Source: Patescibacteria group bacterium
GTDB taxonomy: Bacteria > Patescibacteriota > Patescibacteriia > PEXW01
Direction: 5' to 3'
Assembly: GCA_038065235.1 (NCBI GenBank)
Contig: JBBTRK010000016.1
Coordinates: 11,308-75,307, forward strand
DNA length: 64,000 nucleotides
The notes under the pieces are model-generated. The model did not search any database. It saw only the letters and a program-made list of their open reading frames with translations, and was not told the origin of the DNA. Below, one piece after another: positions 37,795 to 47,884 of this stretch. The position numbers and the translations under genes were made by a program. The number at the start of each line of letters is the position of its first letter. Within the stretch, counting starts at the first letter, position 1.

Positions 37795-39243
37795 CTACTC
37801 TTTCACGGTTACCGTCGTCCCTACACTTGCCCATTTGAATACTTCTGCAGATTCCTTTGGCGAAAGGCGGATGCAACCGTGAGAAACACGTTTACCAAGG
37901 TGCGCAACGCCCTCGTAGTACACGTCGCCATTCTTCAGCTTCCAGTATGGGAGTGAATGAATGCCGTAGGCTCCATCTGAGGTAATTGCCATCCAATTAT
38001 CCATGTATAAGGCGTAGCGACGAGAGTAAGCCGTAGGAATTTTATTCTGTGTCGTAAACGCTCCAAGTGGGGTTGGCGTAGACCATTTTCCTGTTGAAAT
38101 GAGGTGCGTGTCAACCAAGCGCGTACCTTCATACCGTCGCATGCGTTGATCAGAAATGTCGATAACAATTCTCTTTGATCCAGGAGCTCCTGTAAATTCC
38201 TCACTAACTTCTGGGGTTACAATGACGTCTGGGAGAAGATCCGAACCCATGCTCACTGGCGCTACGGAAATACCGGAAGTGTACTTTTTACCGAAGGGGG
38301 TGAATTGAATCTGTCCAGCGCTGCCATCTGCAGTGTAGCTTGTTACGACTGAAGTTTTCCCAGCAGCAGAGCCAACGATAATGTTTGGAGCATTCATCGC
38401 GCTTGCGGCACGGAGCGAATTTGGCGCGATACTCACCGTCTTGAAAGAATTTAGTAACGTACCACTACCAGAGAATACTTTCACTAAGGTATTTGGTTGT
38501 GAAACAACCGTAGCAATTTCTGCCTTGCCATCACCATTGATATCGACCGTTGCGAGTTGGACTCCGGAACGAACATTCGCAGGATACGCCCGAAATTGTC
38601 CAATACGTTTGCCCGTAGCTGAGAATGTAACAACAAACGATCCCCCACCCTGGCCAGGTGCAGTCACGATGTCTGCCTTGCCATCGCCATTCACATCGCC
38701 AACCGTAACGTGCGTACCGCCACGAAATTTCTTGCCAACAGCTAAGAACGCGCTTAGACGTTTTCCGTCAACAGTGTATACACGAATCTCTGGCGTCGTT
38801 CCGCTTCCGAAGTTAACAATAATTTCTTTCACCCCATCGCCATCTACATCACCCGCCGTGACGTACACAGCAGGATTTCCTTTCACATTATTTATTGGGA
38901 ACTTAGTAATTGTTGATCCATCCAGCCGAAGCAAACGAGCCAAAGGTTTCGATCCAGCAGGGCTGCCAACCAAAATTTCTGACACTCCATCGTTCCCAAG
39001 GTCTGCCGCCGTAACATGCGCTCCGGCGGGAATCGTTGGTAATTGCCGAATGAGCTTGCCCTCGGGTGAGTACAAACCTGCTAATGGTGCTTTCGCATCG
39101 ACTGACTGTGGAAGTAAACAAAAGAGGCCTAGCAAAATGCCAATGCCCAATAATGGAAGCGATCGAAAATGAAGCATAATGTGTATTTTTATTGTGTTTC
39201 TGAATACAGTGTAACACATAATTGACACGAAGTCAACTTTCAT
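37795..39243 (-). CDS. Secreted FG-GAP repeat protein with a C-terminal L,D-transpeptidase (YkuD) domain
   Basis: Signal peptide (the likely start is at MLHFRSLPLL, 39177). GDxDGDG/VNGDGKADI FG-GAP/VCBS-type repeats. C-terminal …HGCIRLSPKES… L,D-transpeptidase catalytic motif. Confidence 0.7.
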   Translation of the reverse strand: MKVDFVSIMCYTVFRNTIKIHIMLHFRSLPLLGIGILLGLFCLLPQSVDAKAPLAGLYSPEGKLIRQLPTIPAGAHVTAADLGNDGVSEILVGSPAGSKPLARLLRLDGSTITKFPINNVKGNPAVYVTAGDVDGDGVKEIIVNFGSGTTPEIRVYTVDGKRLSAFLAVGKKFRGGTHVTVGDVNGDGKADIVTAPGQGGGSFVVTFSATGKRIGQFRAYPANVRSGVQLATVDINGDGKAEIATVVSQPNTLVKVFSGSGTLLNSFKTVSIAPNSLRAASAMNAPNIIVGSAAGKTSVVTSYTADGSAGQIQFTPFGKKYTSGISVAPVSMGSDLLPDVIVTPEVSEEFTGAPGSKRIVIDISDQRMRRYEGTRLVDTHLISTGKWSTPTPLGAFTTQNKIPTAYSRRYALYMDNWMAITSDGAYGIHSLPYWKLKNGDVYYEGVAHLGKRVSHGCIRLSPKESAEVFKWASVGTTVTVKE

Positions 39244-39252
39244 TCATACGTG

Positions 39253-41985
39253 TTACGCCGAAGTTTTTGCCATGAACTGCTGGTGCTCTGCAGTATTGAG
39301 TAACCCACACTTCTTATATTTCTTGCCACTCCCGCACGGGCAGGTGTCGTTTCGGCCAATTTTCTCTCCAGGTTCTTGATTCGTTGTTACCGACGTTGTC
39401 GCTGTTGGACTCGTTACGTCTGTTGATTCTTTCGCTGGTGCGCTAAACGTCAGCGCTTGCTTCGGCTGTTGGGTTGACGCAGGGACACTGATATTTGCTT
39501 TGAATATTGCATGTACAACCTGTGATCGAATCGCTGAGAGTAATTGACTAAAGAGAATGTACGCTTCTTTCTTGTACTCGACGAGCGGGTCCCGTTGGCC
39601 GTACCCGCGCAAGCCAATGCCCTGTCGCAAGTGATCCATGAGCGCTAAATGTTCGATCCAAAGGTTATCTATAACACGAAGTTCAACCGCGCGTTCGACG
39701 AGACGCATGAGATCTTGCCCATTCGTAGTTGCCTGTCGACCTGCTGGGGTTTCTCGAACCCGTTGCTCGAGCTCAGTGTACCCATTACTCAAAAGTTCTT
39801 GGATATGGTTTAAAATTTCATTTCTCGCCGCGACAGTGCTACCAACATCGGTAGCGCTCTTTCTAAAATGTTCAAGTTTTAACCGCGCTTGCAAAGGTAT
39901 GGGGAAAATAGCATCTGCAGATTCATATATCTCATCAATGTTCCACTCGTCTTCACGTTCCGCTGAAGTATGAGTTGAAATTATGCGCTCAATTTCCTCA
40001 TGCATGGCTTCGAGCATAGATGATCGTCGGCCTTCTGGTTTCTCTAAACTCTTCACCACATCACGGCGTCGACCGTAAATAACTTCGCGGTGCTTGTTTA
40101 TGACGTCATCATACTCCACGAGGTGTTTTCGAATATCGAAGTTATGACCTTCTACTTTCTTCTGCGCACCTTCAATAGAACGAGAAATCATTTTATTCTC
40201 AATGGGCATATCATCTGGCACGCCGAGGCGTTCCATAAGTGACTTCACTCGATCACCACCGAAAATACGCATGAGGTCATCTTCGAGAGACAAAAAGAAT
40301 TGCGAGGAACCGTTATCGCCCTGCCGCCCTGCTCGGCCCCGGAGCTGGTTATCTATGCGGCGTGATTCATGTCGTTCGGTACCAATGACGTGAAGCCCTC
40401 CCAGTTCACGAACCTTCTTCGCCTCATCCGGAACCGGCGGGTTACCACCGAGAATTATGTCGACGCCGCGTCCAGCCATGTTCGTCGCCACAGTTACGCC
40501 ACCTAGACGTCCAGCCTGGGTAATAATCGACGCTTCTTTCTCATGGTTCTTCGCGTTTAACACCTGGTGTGGAATCCCCTCTCGGTCCAGGAGCGTCGAA
40601 AGAATTTCATTCTTCGCAATAGAAATTGTGCCAATGAGAATTGGTTGGCCTTGCTCGTGCCGAACTTTCACATCACGGACAATGGCTTCCAGCTTGCCAG
40701 CTTCGGTCTTGTAAACGCTGTCGGCAACATCTTTCCGGAGCATGGGTTTGTTGGTAGGTATGCTTACAACATCGAGATTGTAGATTTTGCTAAACTCCTC
40801 GGCTTCGGTTGCCGCAGTCCCAGTCATACCGGCCAATTTGGTGTACATGCGAAAGTAATTCTGGAACGTAATCGTGGCGAGAGTCTGTGACTCTTGCTTA
40901 ATGTCGACGTGCTCTTTCGCTTCAATTGCCTGGTGCAGGCCTTCGGAGTAACGTCGGCCAAACATTAACCGCCCGGTGAACTCATCGACAATGACCACTT
41001 CACCCTCCCGGACAACGTAGTCACGGTCTTTCTTGAATAAGGCAAAGGCTTTCAGGGCTTGCTCAATGTGGTGGACCATCTCCACGCCACCCGCCGCGTA
41101 GATGTTCTCGACATTCAACCACTTCTCCATTTTCGAAATACCGTTTTCGGTGAGTGTTGAAGCCCGAAGTTTTTCATCGATATTGAAGTCTGGGCCTTCT
41201 TCTAGTTTCTGCACGAGTTCAGCAAACTTGTAGTACTGATCGCTCGGGGTAGAACTGGGACCCGAAATAATCAGCGGCGTGCGTGCCTCATCGACGAGGA
41301 TAGAGTCAACCTCATCAACAATGGCGTAGGAAAGATCTCGCTGGGCCATATACTGCGCATCTGGCACCATATTGTCGCGTAGGAAATCAAACCCATACTC
41401 ATTGTTCGTGCCGTAGGTGATGTCTGCTTTGTACGCAGTCGCTCGGTCAACCGGCCGGAGGAATTGCAGTGACTCGTCACCTGGGAAGCTCGGGTCGTAC
41501 ACGAACGCTGCTTCATGTTGGATAGAGCCAACCGAGAGACCGAGGAAACTGTAAATTTTCCCCATCCAACGGGCATCACGTTTCGCGAGGTAGTCATTCA
41601 CCGTGACCACGTGAACTCCTTTGCCCGCAATGGCATTGAGGTAGCATGGCAACGTCGCAACTAGGGTTTTACCTTCCCCTGTGCGCATTTCTGCAATCTT
41701 ACCTTGGTGCAGGATTATGCCACCCATGAGCTGCACGTCAAAATGACGCTGACCGATGGTGCGAAACGCTGCTTCGCGAACGAGGGCGAATGCTTGAGGT
41801 AACAGTTCGTCGAGCGATTCACCTTTGCTGTGCCGGTCGTAGAGCTTCTTCGTTTGCTCAGGAAACGCACTATCAGATAACTTCTTCATCTCTGGTTCAA
41901 GCGCGTTAATCCGCTCAACCAGTGGCTGCAGGGAATTCACGACGCGCGCATTTGCGTCACCGAAGATTTTTGAGAAGAGAGCCAT
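39253..41985 (-). CDS. secA: Preprotein translocase ATPase SecA
   Basis: 910 aa with DEAD-like motor motifs and a C-terminal Zn-binding CPCGSGKKYKKC. Confidence 0.95.
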   Translation of the reverse strand: MALFSKIFGDANARVVNSLQPLVERINALEPEMKKLSDSAFPEQTKKLYDRHSKGESLDELLPQAFALVREAAFRTIGQRHFDVQLMGGIILHQGKIAEMRTGEGKTLVATLPCYLNAIAGKGVHVVTVNDYLAKRDARWMGKIYSFLGLSVGSIQHEAAFVYDPSFPGDESLQFLRPVDRATAYKADITYGTNNEYGFDFLRDNMVPDAQYMAQRDLSYAIVDEVDSILVDEARTPLIISGPSSTPSDQYYKFAELVQKLEEGPDFNIDEKLRASTLTENGISKMEKWLNVENIYAAGGVEMVHHIEQALKAFALFKKDRDYVVREGEVVIVDEFTGRLMFGRRYSEGLHQAIEAKEHVDIKQESQTLATITFQNYFRMYTKLAGMTGTAATEAEEFSKIYNLDVVSIPTNKPMLRKDVADSVYKTEAGKLEAIVRDVKVRHEQGQPILIGTISIAKNEILSTLLDREGIPHQVLNAKNHEKEASIITQAGRLGGVTVATNMAGRGVDIILGGNPPVPDEAKKVRELGGLHVIGTERHESRRIDNQLRGRAGRQGDNGSSQFFLSLEDDLMRIFGGDRVKSLMERLGVPDDMPIENKMISRSIEGAQKKVEGHNFDIRKHLVEYDDVINKHREVIYGRRRDVVKSLEKPEGRRSSMLEAMHEEIERIISTHTSAEREDEWNIDEIYESADAIFPIPLQARLKLEHFRKSATDVGSTVAARNEILNHIQELLSNGYTELEQRVRETPAGRQATTNGQDLMRLVERAVELRVIDNLWIEHLALMDHLRQGIGLRGYGQRDPLVEYKKEAYILFSQLLSAIRSQVVHAIFKANISVPASTQQPKQALTFSAPAKESTDVTSPTATTSVTTNQEPGEKIGRNDTCPCGSGKKYKKCGLLNTAEHQQFMAKTSA

Positions 41986-42030
41986 AGTCTGCCTATCTTG
42001 CTACAGAGTGCAGTTCATTGCAAGCCAGTG

Positions 42031-42354
42031 CTAGACCAATCCGTGATGGCCGGCACGTTTGGAGATGAAACGATCCTTCGCATCCCGGAGCTGTCGCTCG
42101 AGTTTCTCTACACAAATATCTATTGCTTCATGCATTTCCGTGGCCTTCTCACCGGCTTTGTACGTCCGACCGCGCCATACCGCAGACCCTTCAACCCGAC
42201 AGATATTCCCGTGGCGTTGATTGTGGTCAACATCAAGCATCACTTTAATTTCGGATACGGGCTCTCGGCTCAGCCGCTCTAGCGCACCAAATTTTTGGGT
42301 TGCGTATTCGGTAATACTCGGAGTGAGCTTAAAATCTTTCGCAGAGACAATCAT
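42031..42354 (-). CDS. hpf: Ribosome hibernation promoting factor (short HPF/RaiA type)
   Basis: MIVSAKDFKLTPSITEYATQKFGALERL… matches the S30AE family. Start at ATG 42354. Confidence 0.75.
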   Translation of the reverse strand: MIVSAKDFKLTPSITEYATQKFGALERLSREPVSEIKVMLDVDHNQRHGNICRVEGSAVWRGRTYKAGEKATEMHEAIDICVEKLERQLRDAKDRFISKRAGHHGLV

Positions 42355-42358
42355 ATGT

Positions 42359-43276
42359 TTAGGGTAAAGATTGAGAATCAAAACCAAGGTAACGTACTTC
42401 CTCTTCCAGCTGCACGCCAAGCTGATCCCGTACCTGCTGCTTCACGTAGCTTATGAGTATGACAATATCTTCAGCGGTTGCATTGCCAGTATTCACAACG
42501 AAATTCGCATGGTCAGTGGATACCATTGCCCCGCCAATCTTCTTGCCTTTCAATCCAGCCTGGTCGATGAGTTTCCCTGCGTGACCGCCAGATGGATTCT
42601 TGAAAACACACCCTGCACACCAGGCACCTTTCGGCTGCCAGGATCGTCGCTCGACTGCCTCGCGTACTTTCGCCTGGATATCTGTGGGTGTACCAGGGGC
42701 GAGTTTCAACGTACCAGATACTATGATTTCTGAGCTTGCGTACTTGAATCGTGTATAGCGGTAAGAAACATCGAGTTCGGCTCGGGAACAGGTTTTCAGT
42801 TCGCCTTTGGAATCGATGTACGTAATTTCTTTTACGAATTCTGAAATACCATGGCCACCTGTACCCGCGTTCCCCGCGAGTCCCCCACCGAATGAGCCCG
42901 GGATACCTATGGCAAACTCTATGCCTGTGAGATTAGCGCTTATTGCTGAACGAACCACACGACTTAAAACAGTGCCAGCGTCAGCAATAATTGTACCATC
43001 AGGCAGAACCTCACAGTGTGTCGACGTTAGGTTCACAATTAACCCTGCGAACCCCGCATCAGCTACCAAAACATTGCTCCCACCCCCAAGGGCGGCCACT
43101 GGCAAACCTGCTCTCGTCGCGAGTTGCGCTGCTTTCTGAATAATTGAAATATCATTGCTCGCGAGAAAAAACGATGCTGAACCACCGACCTGAAACGTCG
43201 TATGCGAAGCTAAGGGTTCATCCAGTTTTAGCCCTGGAATGTTTTCGAGTTTTGTACGGGCTTCATTCATTGACAA
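42359..43276 (-). CDS. murB: UDP-N-acetylenolpyruvoylglucosamine reductase
   Basis: FAD-binding N-terminal (…FQVGGSASFF…GGGSNVL…) and the MurB C-terminal domain. Confidence 0.85.
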   Translation of the reverse strand: MSMNEARTKLENIPGLKLDEPLASHTTFQVGGSASFFLASNDISIIQKAAQLATRAGLPVAALGGGSNVLVADAGFAGLIVNLTSTHCEVLPDGTIIADAGTVLSRVVRSAISANLTGIEFAIGIPGSFGGGLAGNAGTGGHGISEFVKEITYIDSKGELKTCSRAELDVSYRYTRFKYASSEIIVSGTLKLAPGTPTDIQAKVREAVERRSWQPKGAWCAGCVFKNPSGGHAGKLIDQAGLKGKKIGGAMVSTDHANFVVNTGNATAEDIVILISYVKQQVRDQLGVQLEEEVRYLGFDSQSLP

Positions 43277-43347
43277 GTATTGTGGTGCAACGTATACTAT
43301 AGCGCAATTTCCCTAAAACACACACGACAAAGAAAGGAGGGGCACAA

Positions 43348-44379
43348 ATGCTCGTTCCCATTTCGATTCCGCCCGTGCTACTCGATTTGTACCACCTCCT
43401 GCTCCGATTCTGGCAGGCACATGGTTTCATCACGCTTGTGGCGTTCGGGGCTGGTGGGTTTCTGGTTTTCCTTACCTACAGCCTCTTTGGCTACCGCAGG
43501 ATGAGGACCGTTCGACGGATTATTAGCATGGCTGAAGAAGCAGATATTGACGAGTTAGTGTATGGCTCATTCGTCAATCGGTTACGCATACGCCGCTCTC
43601 ACCAGGCAACTCGTAAACCCGTGCAAAATCTACAAGCTCCCGCAGTTCGAGGCACACGAACGGGACAGGATGACACGCTCAAACGCTTCGGCGACAGTAT
43701 TGTCTATTACTTCCCAGAGAATTCCTCGGACGTCCGAGAAGGTTTGCAAATGCCTGAGCATGCAACCTGGATTTTCGGTGACCCACCAGACATCCAGCTG
43801 CCACTCAACGTCATCCCAGTGACCATTGACGCTGTAGGGTCCTGGTATCCTGCAGTAATCAAGAGCAGTACTGGTCTCACCCAAGTACGGCCGACAATGA
43901 AACGGCAATATTGGAAACACGGGTACCGAAACCTCTTCATCGGTGACTTTGTCCTCAAAGGAGATATTCTTGGGACGGTTACCAACCCTGGGCTGACGAA
44001 ACGCCACGTCATTGTACGCTCACCTTGCAATGGTTTCATTTTGCAATTTGGGGCGTACCCCTTCACTCCCGTAACACTTGGGGCCAGTGTCATGCTCCTT
44101 GGGGAACTCGCAACCGTCGAAGCCTTCGAGTATCCTCATGACCTCGCTGGATTCTTTACCTGTAAACCCGAAGGAACAGAAAGTCTCGTTGGGACTATTC
44201 TCGAGCCTGATACGCTCATCGGTAATGTCAGTCTGCTCTTTGGCTCAATCCAAGAGCCAATCCATTCCACCGTACGCATGCGCATCGTTCGCCAGTACAT
44301 CAAGAACGGCGATGCGGTGCAGTATGGCCAAAAGCTCTTCGACTACATCCCACTCGACAAGCCCCTTAGCTCAAGCTGA
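43348..44379 (+). CDS. Hypothetical membrane-anchored protein with a C-terminal biotinyl/lipoyl-like barrel motif
   Basis: Strong AAGGAGG RBS. N-terminal TM. C-terminal …MRIVRQYIKNGDAVQYGQKLFDYIPLD is a hybrid-barrel-like motif without the Lys. Confidence 0.5.
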   Translation: MLVPISIPPVLLDLYHLLLRFWQAHGFITLVAFGAGGFLVFLTYSLFGYRRMRTVRRIISMAEEADIDELVYGSFVNRLRIRRSHQATRKPVQNLQAPAVRGTRTGQDDTLKRFGDSIVYYFPENSSDVREGLQMPEHATWIFGDPPDIQLPLNVIPVTIDAVGSWYPAVIKSSTGLTQVRPTMKRQYWKHGYRNLFIGDFVLKGDILGTVTNPGLTKRHVIVRSPCNGFILQFGAYPFTPVTLGASVMLLGELATVEAFEYPHDLAGFFTCKPEGTESLVGTILEPDTLIGNVSLLFGSIQEPIHSTVRMRIVRQYIKNGDAVQYGQKLFDYIPLDKPLSSS

Positions 44380-45741
44380 GGGGTTTTCTTTTTGGGCGAG
44401 GTCAGCGAAGTGGGTGATGTCGCCTGCACCGAGGGTGAGGATGACGTCTCCAGGCTGCACAAGATTCGCTGCTGCCTGCAGTGCGGCTTGGACGTTGCTC
44501 ACACGAACCGTACGCGGTCCAATAGCGTTTGCCAGAGCATCAATATCAGCTTTCGGCCCGTCTTCCCGGCCCGCAACGTCGTAGACGTCAAGGAGTATGA
44601 CTTGATCTGAAGTTCTCAGAACTTTTGCAAAGTTGCTAGCAAAGGCAATTGTCCGGCTGTGGAGGTGCGGCTGGAAGATACTGATGAGTCGCCGCCCAGG
44701 AAATGCTTGCCGGGCCGCCTGGAGTGAAGCCGCAATTTCCGTCGGGTGATGGGCGTAATCATCAATGATTGTTGCTCCGTGCCACTCTCCGCGTTGTTCA
44801 AAACGTCGCCAGGTTCCAGGGAATGCCGCGACCCCTCGTTGGACAACTGCAAAAGGAATACTGAGTGCGTGAGCGACGCAGATGGCTGCTAAGACATTCC
44901 GAACGTTGTGTTCACCGAAGAGCTGTGACTGTACTGCACCATTGTACAATCCAGAAACGGTAAATGTCGTACCTCGCTCGCTGTGTGCAATACCTCGAGC
45001 GACGAGGTCGGCTTGCCCGAAGCCGAACGTCTGCACCTTTGCTCCTGACGCACCGGTGAGTACCCCAAGACTCGGATCATCCGCGTTCAGCGTGACCGTA
45101 CCAGCTACGGGTACATGCGAAATGAATACTGAGAAAGCTTTCACCGCATCAGCGAGTGTCGGGTACACGTCGACGTGCTCATGGTCGACGTTGAGAACGA
45201 TGGCGTGATTCGGCTGATACAGGAGAATGCCTTGGTTGTACTCATCAGCTTCCACAAGAACATCATCCCCTTTGCCCGTTCGCTCATTCGTATTTCCGAA
45301 TGCACGTAGTCGCGTGCCAACAATAACCGTCGGGTCGCGTTGTGCTTCCATCAGGATCGTCGCGAGGAAAGCGGTCGTCGTCGATTTTCCGTGCGTGCCA
45401 GCCACGGCAATGCTATTCTTCCCCTGCAGCAATTCGTTCACCGCCTCGGGGTAGCTCATTGTTGGTATACCCCTAGCAACTGCGGCAGCCCGTTCAACGT
45501 TTTCTGATGGAACGGCGACGGTATGGAGTATAAGGTCACAGTGTTCTGGTATATGCTTCGCTGCATGCTCACCAATGTGCACGTGCGCGCCATGCGCTTG
45601 CAGCCAAACGGTCGTCACATTTTCTCGTAGGTCACTTCCAGAAACCTGTTTGCCTTGCTCCAAGGCCCACTTGGCAATGGCCGAAACGCCAATTCCGCCG
45701 ATGCCAACGATGTGAATGTTTTTTGCTGCGTGTAAGGTCAT
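44371..45741 (-). CDS. murC: UDP-N-acetylmuramate--L-alanine ligase
   Basis: N-terminal IHIVGIGGIGVSAIA and the Mur ligase central P-loop GTHGKSTTTA. Confidence 0.85.
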   Translation of the reverse strand: MTLHAAKNIHIVGIGGIGVSAIAKWALEQGKQVSGSDLRENVTTVWLQAHGAHVHIGEHAAKHIPEHCDLILHTVAVPSENVERAAAVARGIPTMSYPEAVNELLQGKNSIAVAGTHGKSTTTAFLATILMEAQRDPTVIVGTRLRAFGNTNERTGKGDDVLVEADEYNQGILLYQPNHAIVLNVDHEHVDVYPTLADAVKAFSVFISHVPVAGTVTLNADDPSLGVLTGASGAKVQTFGFGQADLVARGIAHSERGTTFTVSGLYNGAVQSQLFGEHNVRNVLAAICVAHALSIPFAVVQRGVAAFPGTWRRFEQRGEWHGATIIDDYAHHPTEIAASLQAARQAFPGRRLISIFQPHLHSRTIAFASNFAKVLRTSDQVILLDVYDVAGREDGPKADIDALANAIGPRTVRVSNVQAALQAAANLVQPGDVILTLGAGDITHFADLAQKENPSA

Positions 45742-46790
45742 AGATTTTTGGAAATCAGTGCAGCGAGATTCTTAGCCCCATCAGTATCCCAGATACAAGC
45801 AGTGGCGGTACGAAGCTCTGCGAGGCGCTGAGGATTACCCACGGTGCTATTCAGGAGCTCTGCAAAAACCTCTGGGGTTAAGTCTTGCTCAGCGCGCACC
45901 AGTACGCCACGCTCCTCTAGTGCTGCAGCATTCTGCACCTGATGGGTATTGGGAAGTGGCACTATGAGCGCGGGCTTACCCAAAGCAATGAGTTCTGCGA
46001 GGACATTACTCCCCGCCCGGCTGACAACGAACGATGCGAGCGCGTACAAGTCTGGAAGCTCACGGTTCGTGAAGCTTATTGGGACGTAATTCTTCCGCAC
46101 CGTTGGTACTGCTTTCCCTTCACCAGTGATGTGAATGACCTGGATGTCTGGTTGGAGGAACGGCAGTGCAGAAATTAATCGTCGGTTCAACTCGAGTGCC
46201 CCCGAGCTGCCGCCAATGACCAGAATTGTTGGCTTGCCTTGCCTGAGACCATACGTGGTAGCTGCTCGAGCTGCATCACCTGTACGCAAGTCTGGCCGCA
46301 GGGCGTACCCAACGACCGCAACAGGCTGCGGCAGGAGTAGCGCCTGCGCCTCAGCGACTGCGCAGCGTATACTCGCGTGCTTGGCAATGAGCTTATTTGC
46401 AAGTCCCAGGGTAACATCCTGCTGGTAGAGCAGCACGGGAATTTGCAACCAGCGGGCGGCCCACATCACCGGCACCACTACATAACTGCCGGCCGTAACG
46501 ACCATTGCTGGTTTTAAAGTACGAAGCTTGCGCCATGCGACTATCGTTGCCCAGGCAATGACCGGAGCATCGATGATATTCCGTATCGAAAAGTACCGCC
46601 GGAACTTACCTGCAGGAATAACGCTGAATGGAATACCGGCTTCTTCCACAACTTTCTTATCACGATCGTTACGTTCACCCCAAAAAATACACCGAATATC
46701 TGGCGATACTTTCTTTAGTGCGGCTGCGGTAGCAAGCAGTGGGTTCACAGACCCGAGCGTGCCGCCCCCGACGAGGAGAATAGTTCTCAT
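45738..46790 (-). CDS. murG: MurG (UDP-GlcNAc:lipid I GlcNAc transferase)
   Basis: GT28 N- and C-terminal domains. GGTLGS-like N-terminus. Confidence 0.85.
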   Translation of the reverse strand: MRTILLVGGGTLGSVNPLLATAAALKKVSPDIRCIFWGERNDRDKKVVEEAGIPFSVIPAGKFRRYFSIRNIIDAPVIAWATIVAWRKLRTLKPAMVVTAGSYVVVPVMWAARWLQIPVLLYQQDVTLGLANKLIAKHASIRCAVAEAQALLLPQPVAVVGYALRPDLRTGDAARAATTYGLRQGKPTILVIGGSSGALELNRRLISALPFLQPDIQVIHITGEGKAVPTVRKNYVPISFTNRELPDLYALASFVVSRAGSNVLAELIALGKPALIVPLPNTHQVQNAAALEERGVLVRAEQDLTPEVFAELLNSTVGNPQRLAELRTATACIWDTDGAKNLAALISKNL

Positions 46791-47884
46791 TGCCGTAAGC
46801 TCCGTGAGTAGTTTAAGAGAATACCAACGCCGACGAGCGAAACAACCAGCGACGTGCCACCATTAGATATGAATGGTAAGGGTTCACCGGTGAGCGGTAA
46901 GAGTGAGGTAAGCGCGCCAATATTTATGAAAGCTTGAATCGTGAACCAACTCACGACGCCGGTGATGACGAGCCGAACGTAGGCATCGCCTGCTCGGCGG
47001 GCAAGTTGTATACCCCGCCACAAGACGCCAACATAAAGCGCCAGAATGCCTACTGAGAGAATAAAACCAAGCTCTTCGGCCGCAATGGCGAAAATCGAAT
47101 CCCCTTCTGCTTCTGGTAGGTAGTTGAACTTCTGCATTGAGTGGCCGAGACCACGCCCGAAGATACCGCCAGAACCAATTGCCAGGAGCGACTGATTAAT
47201 TTGGTACGCATTGCCTTGTGCATCTTCTTCTGGATTGAGGAAGACATTTAACCGTGCTGCTCGGTACGATGATGATTGAATGAGTAAGAAAAGACCTACA
47301 ACGAGTAACCCAGCGATCCAGACGAAATGCTTTACCGGGGCTCCGGCAACAAAATACATGACCACCGAGATAGCGAGAATAACAATTGCCGTCCCGAGGT
47401 CTTTTTGGAAAGTGAGAATTGCAGTGATGACCCCGAGGAGTCCGAGCAGCGGAAAAAGCACTCTGCTCGGTTCAGCGTCGTGGAGCGAACGTTTCGAGAA
47501 CCAAACCGAGAGGAATATAATGACACTTAATTTGACGAGTTCCGAAGGCTGCAGGAAGAAACCACCGAAAGATACCCAGCGTCTCGCACCGAGGAGCTCT
47601 TGGCCAAGCCCTGGGATGAACGGTAGGAACAAGAGTAAACAGGTAATAACGAAAATTGGTAAAGCTACTTTCTTCAACCAGGAAATGTTGAACTGCATGA
47701 TGAGCACCATGAAGAGTAACCCAATGAGCAGGGCAAAGATTTGCTTCTTCAAGTACCCATTCGGATCACCGAGTGAGTTGAAGGCCGAAACACTGCTTGC
47801 TGAGGACAGAATTATAATGCCGAAGACGCAAAGGACAAGGATAATACTGAGAAATATCGAATCTGGTCGGCGTAGCGTGGTCAT
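46787..47884 (-). CDS. ftsW: FtsW/RodA (SEDS) family lipid II polymerase/flippase. Called FtsW from its position in the dcw cluster.
   Basis: Ten-TM SEDS protein sitting between murD and murG. Confidence 0.8.
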   Translation of the reverse strand: MTTLRRPDSIFLSIILVLCVFGIIILSSASSVSAFNSLGDPNGYLKKQIFALLIGLLFMVLIMQFNISWLKKVALPIFVITCLLLFLPFIPGLGQELLGARRWVSFGGFFLQPSELVKLSVIIFLSVWFSKRSLHDAEPSRVLFPLLGLLGVITAILTFQKDLGTAIVILAISVVMYFVAGAPVKHFVWIAGLLVVGLFLLIQSSSYRAARLNVFLNPEEDAQGNAYQINQSLLAIGSGGIFGRGLGHSMQKFNYLPEAEGDSIFAIAAEELGFILSVGILALYVGVLWRGIQLARRAGDAYVRLVITGVVSWFTIQAFINIGALTSLLPLTGEPLPFISNGGTSLVVSLVGVGILLNYSRSLRQ

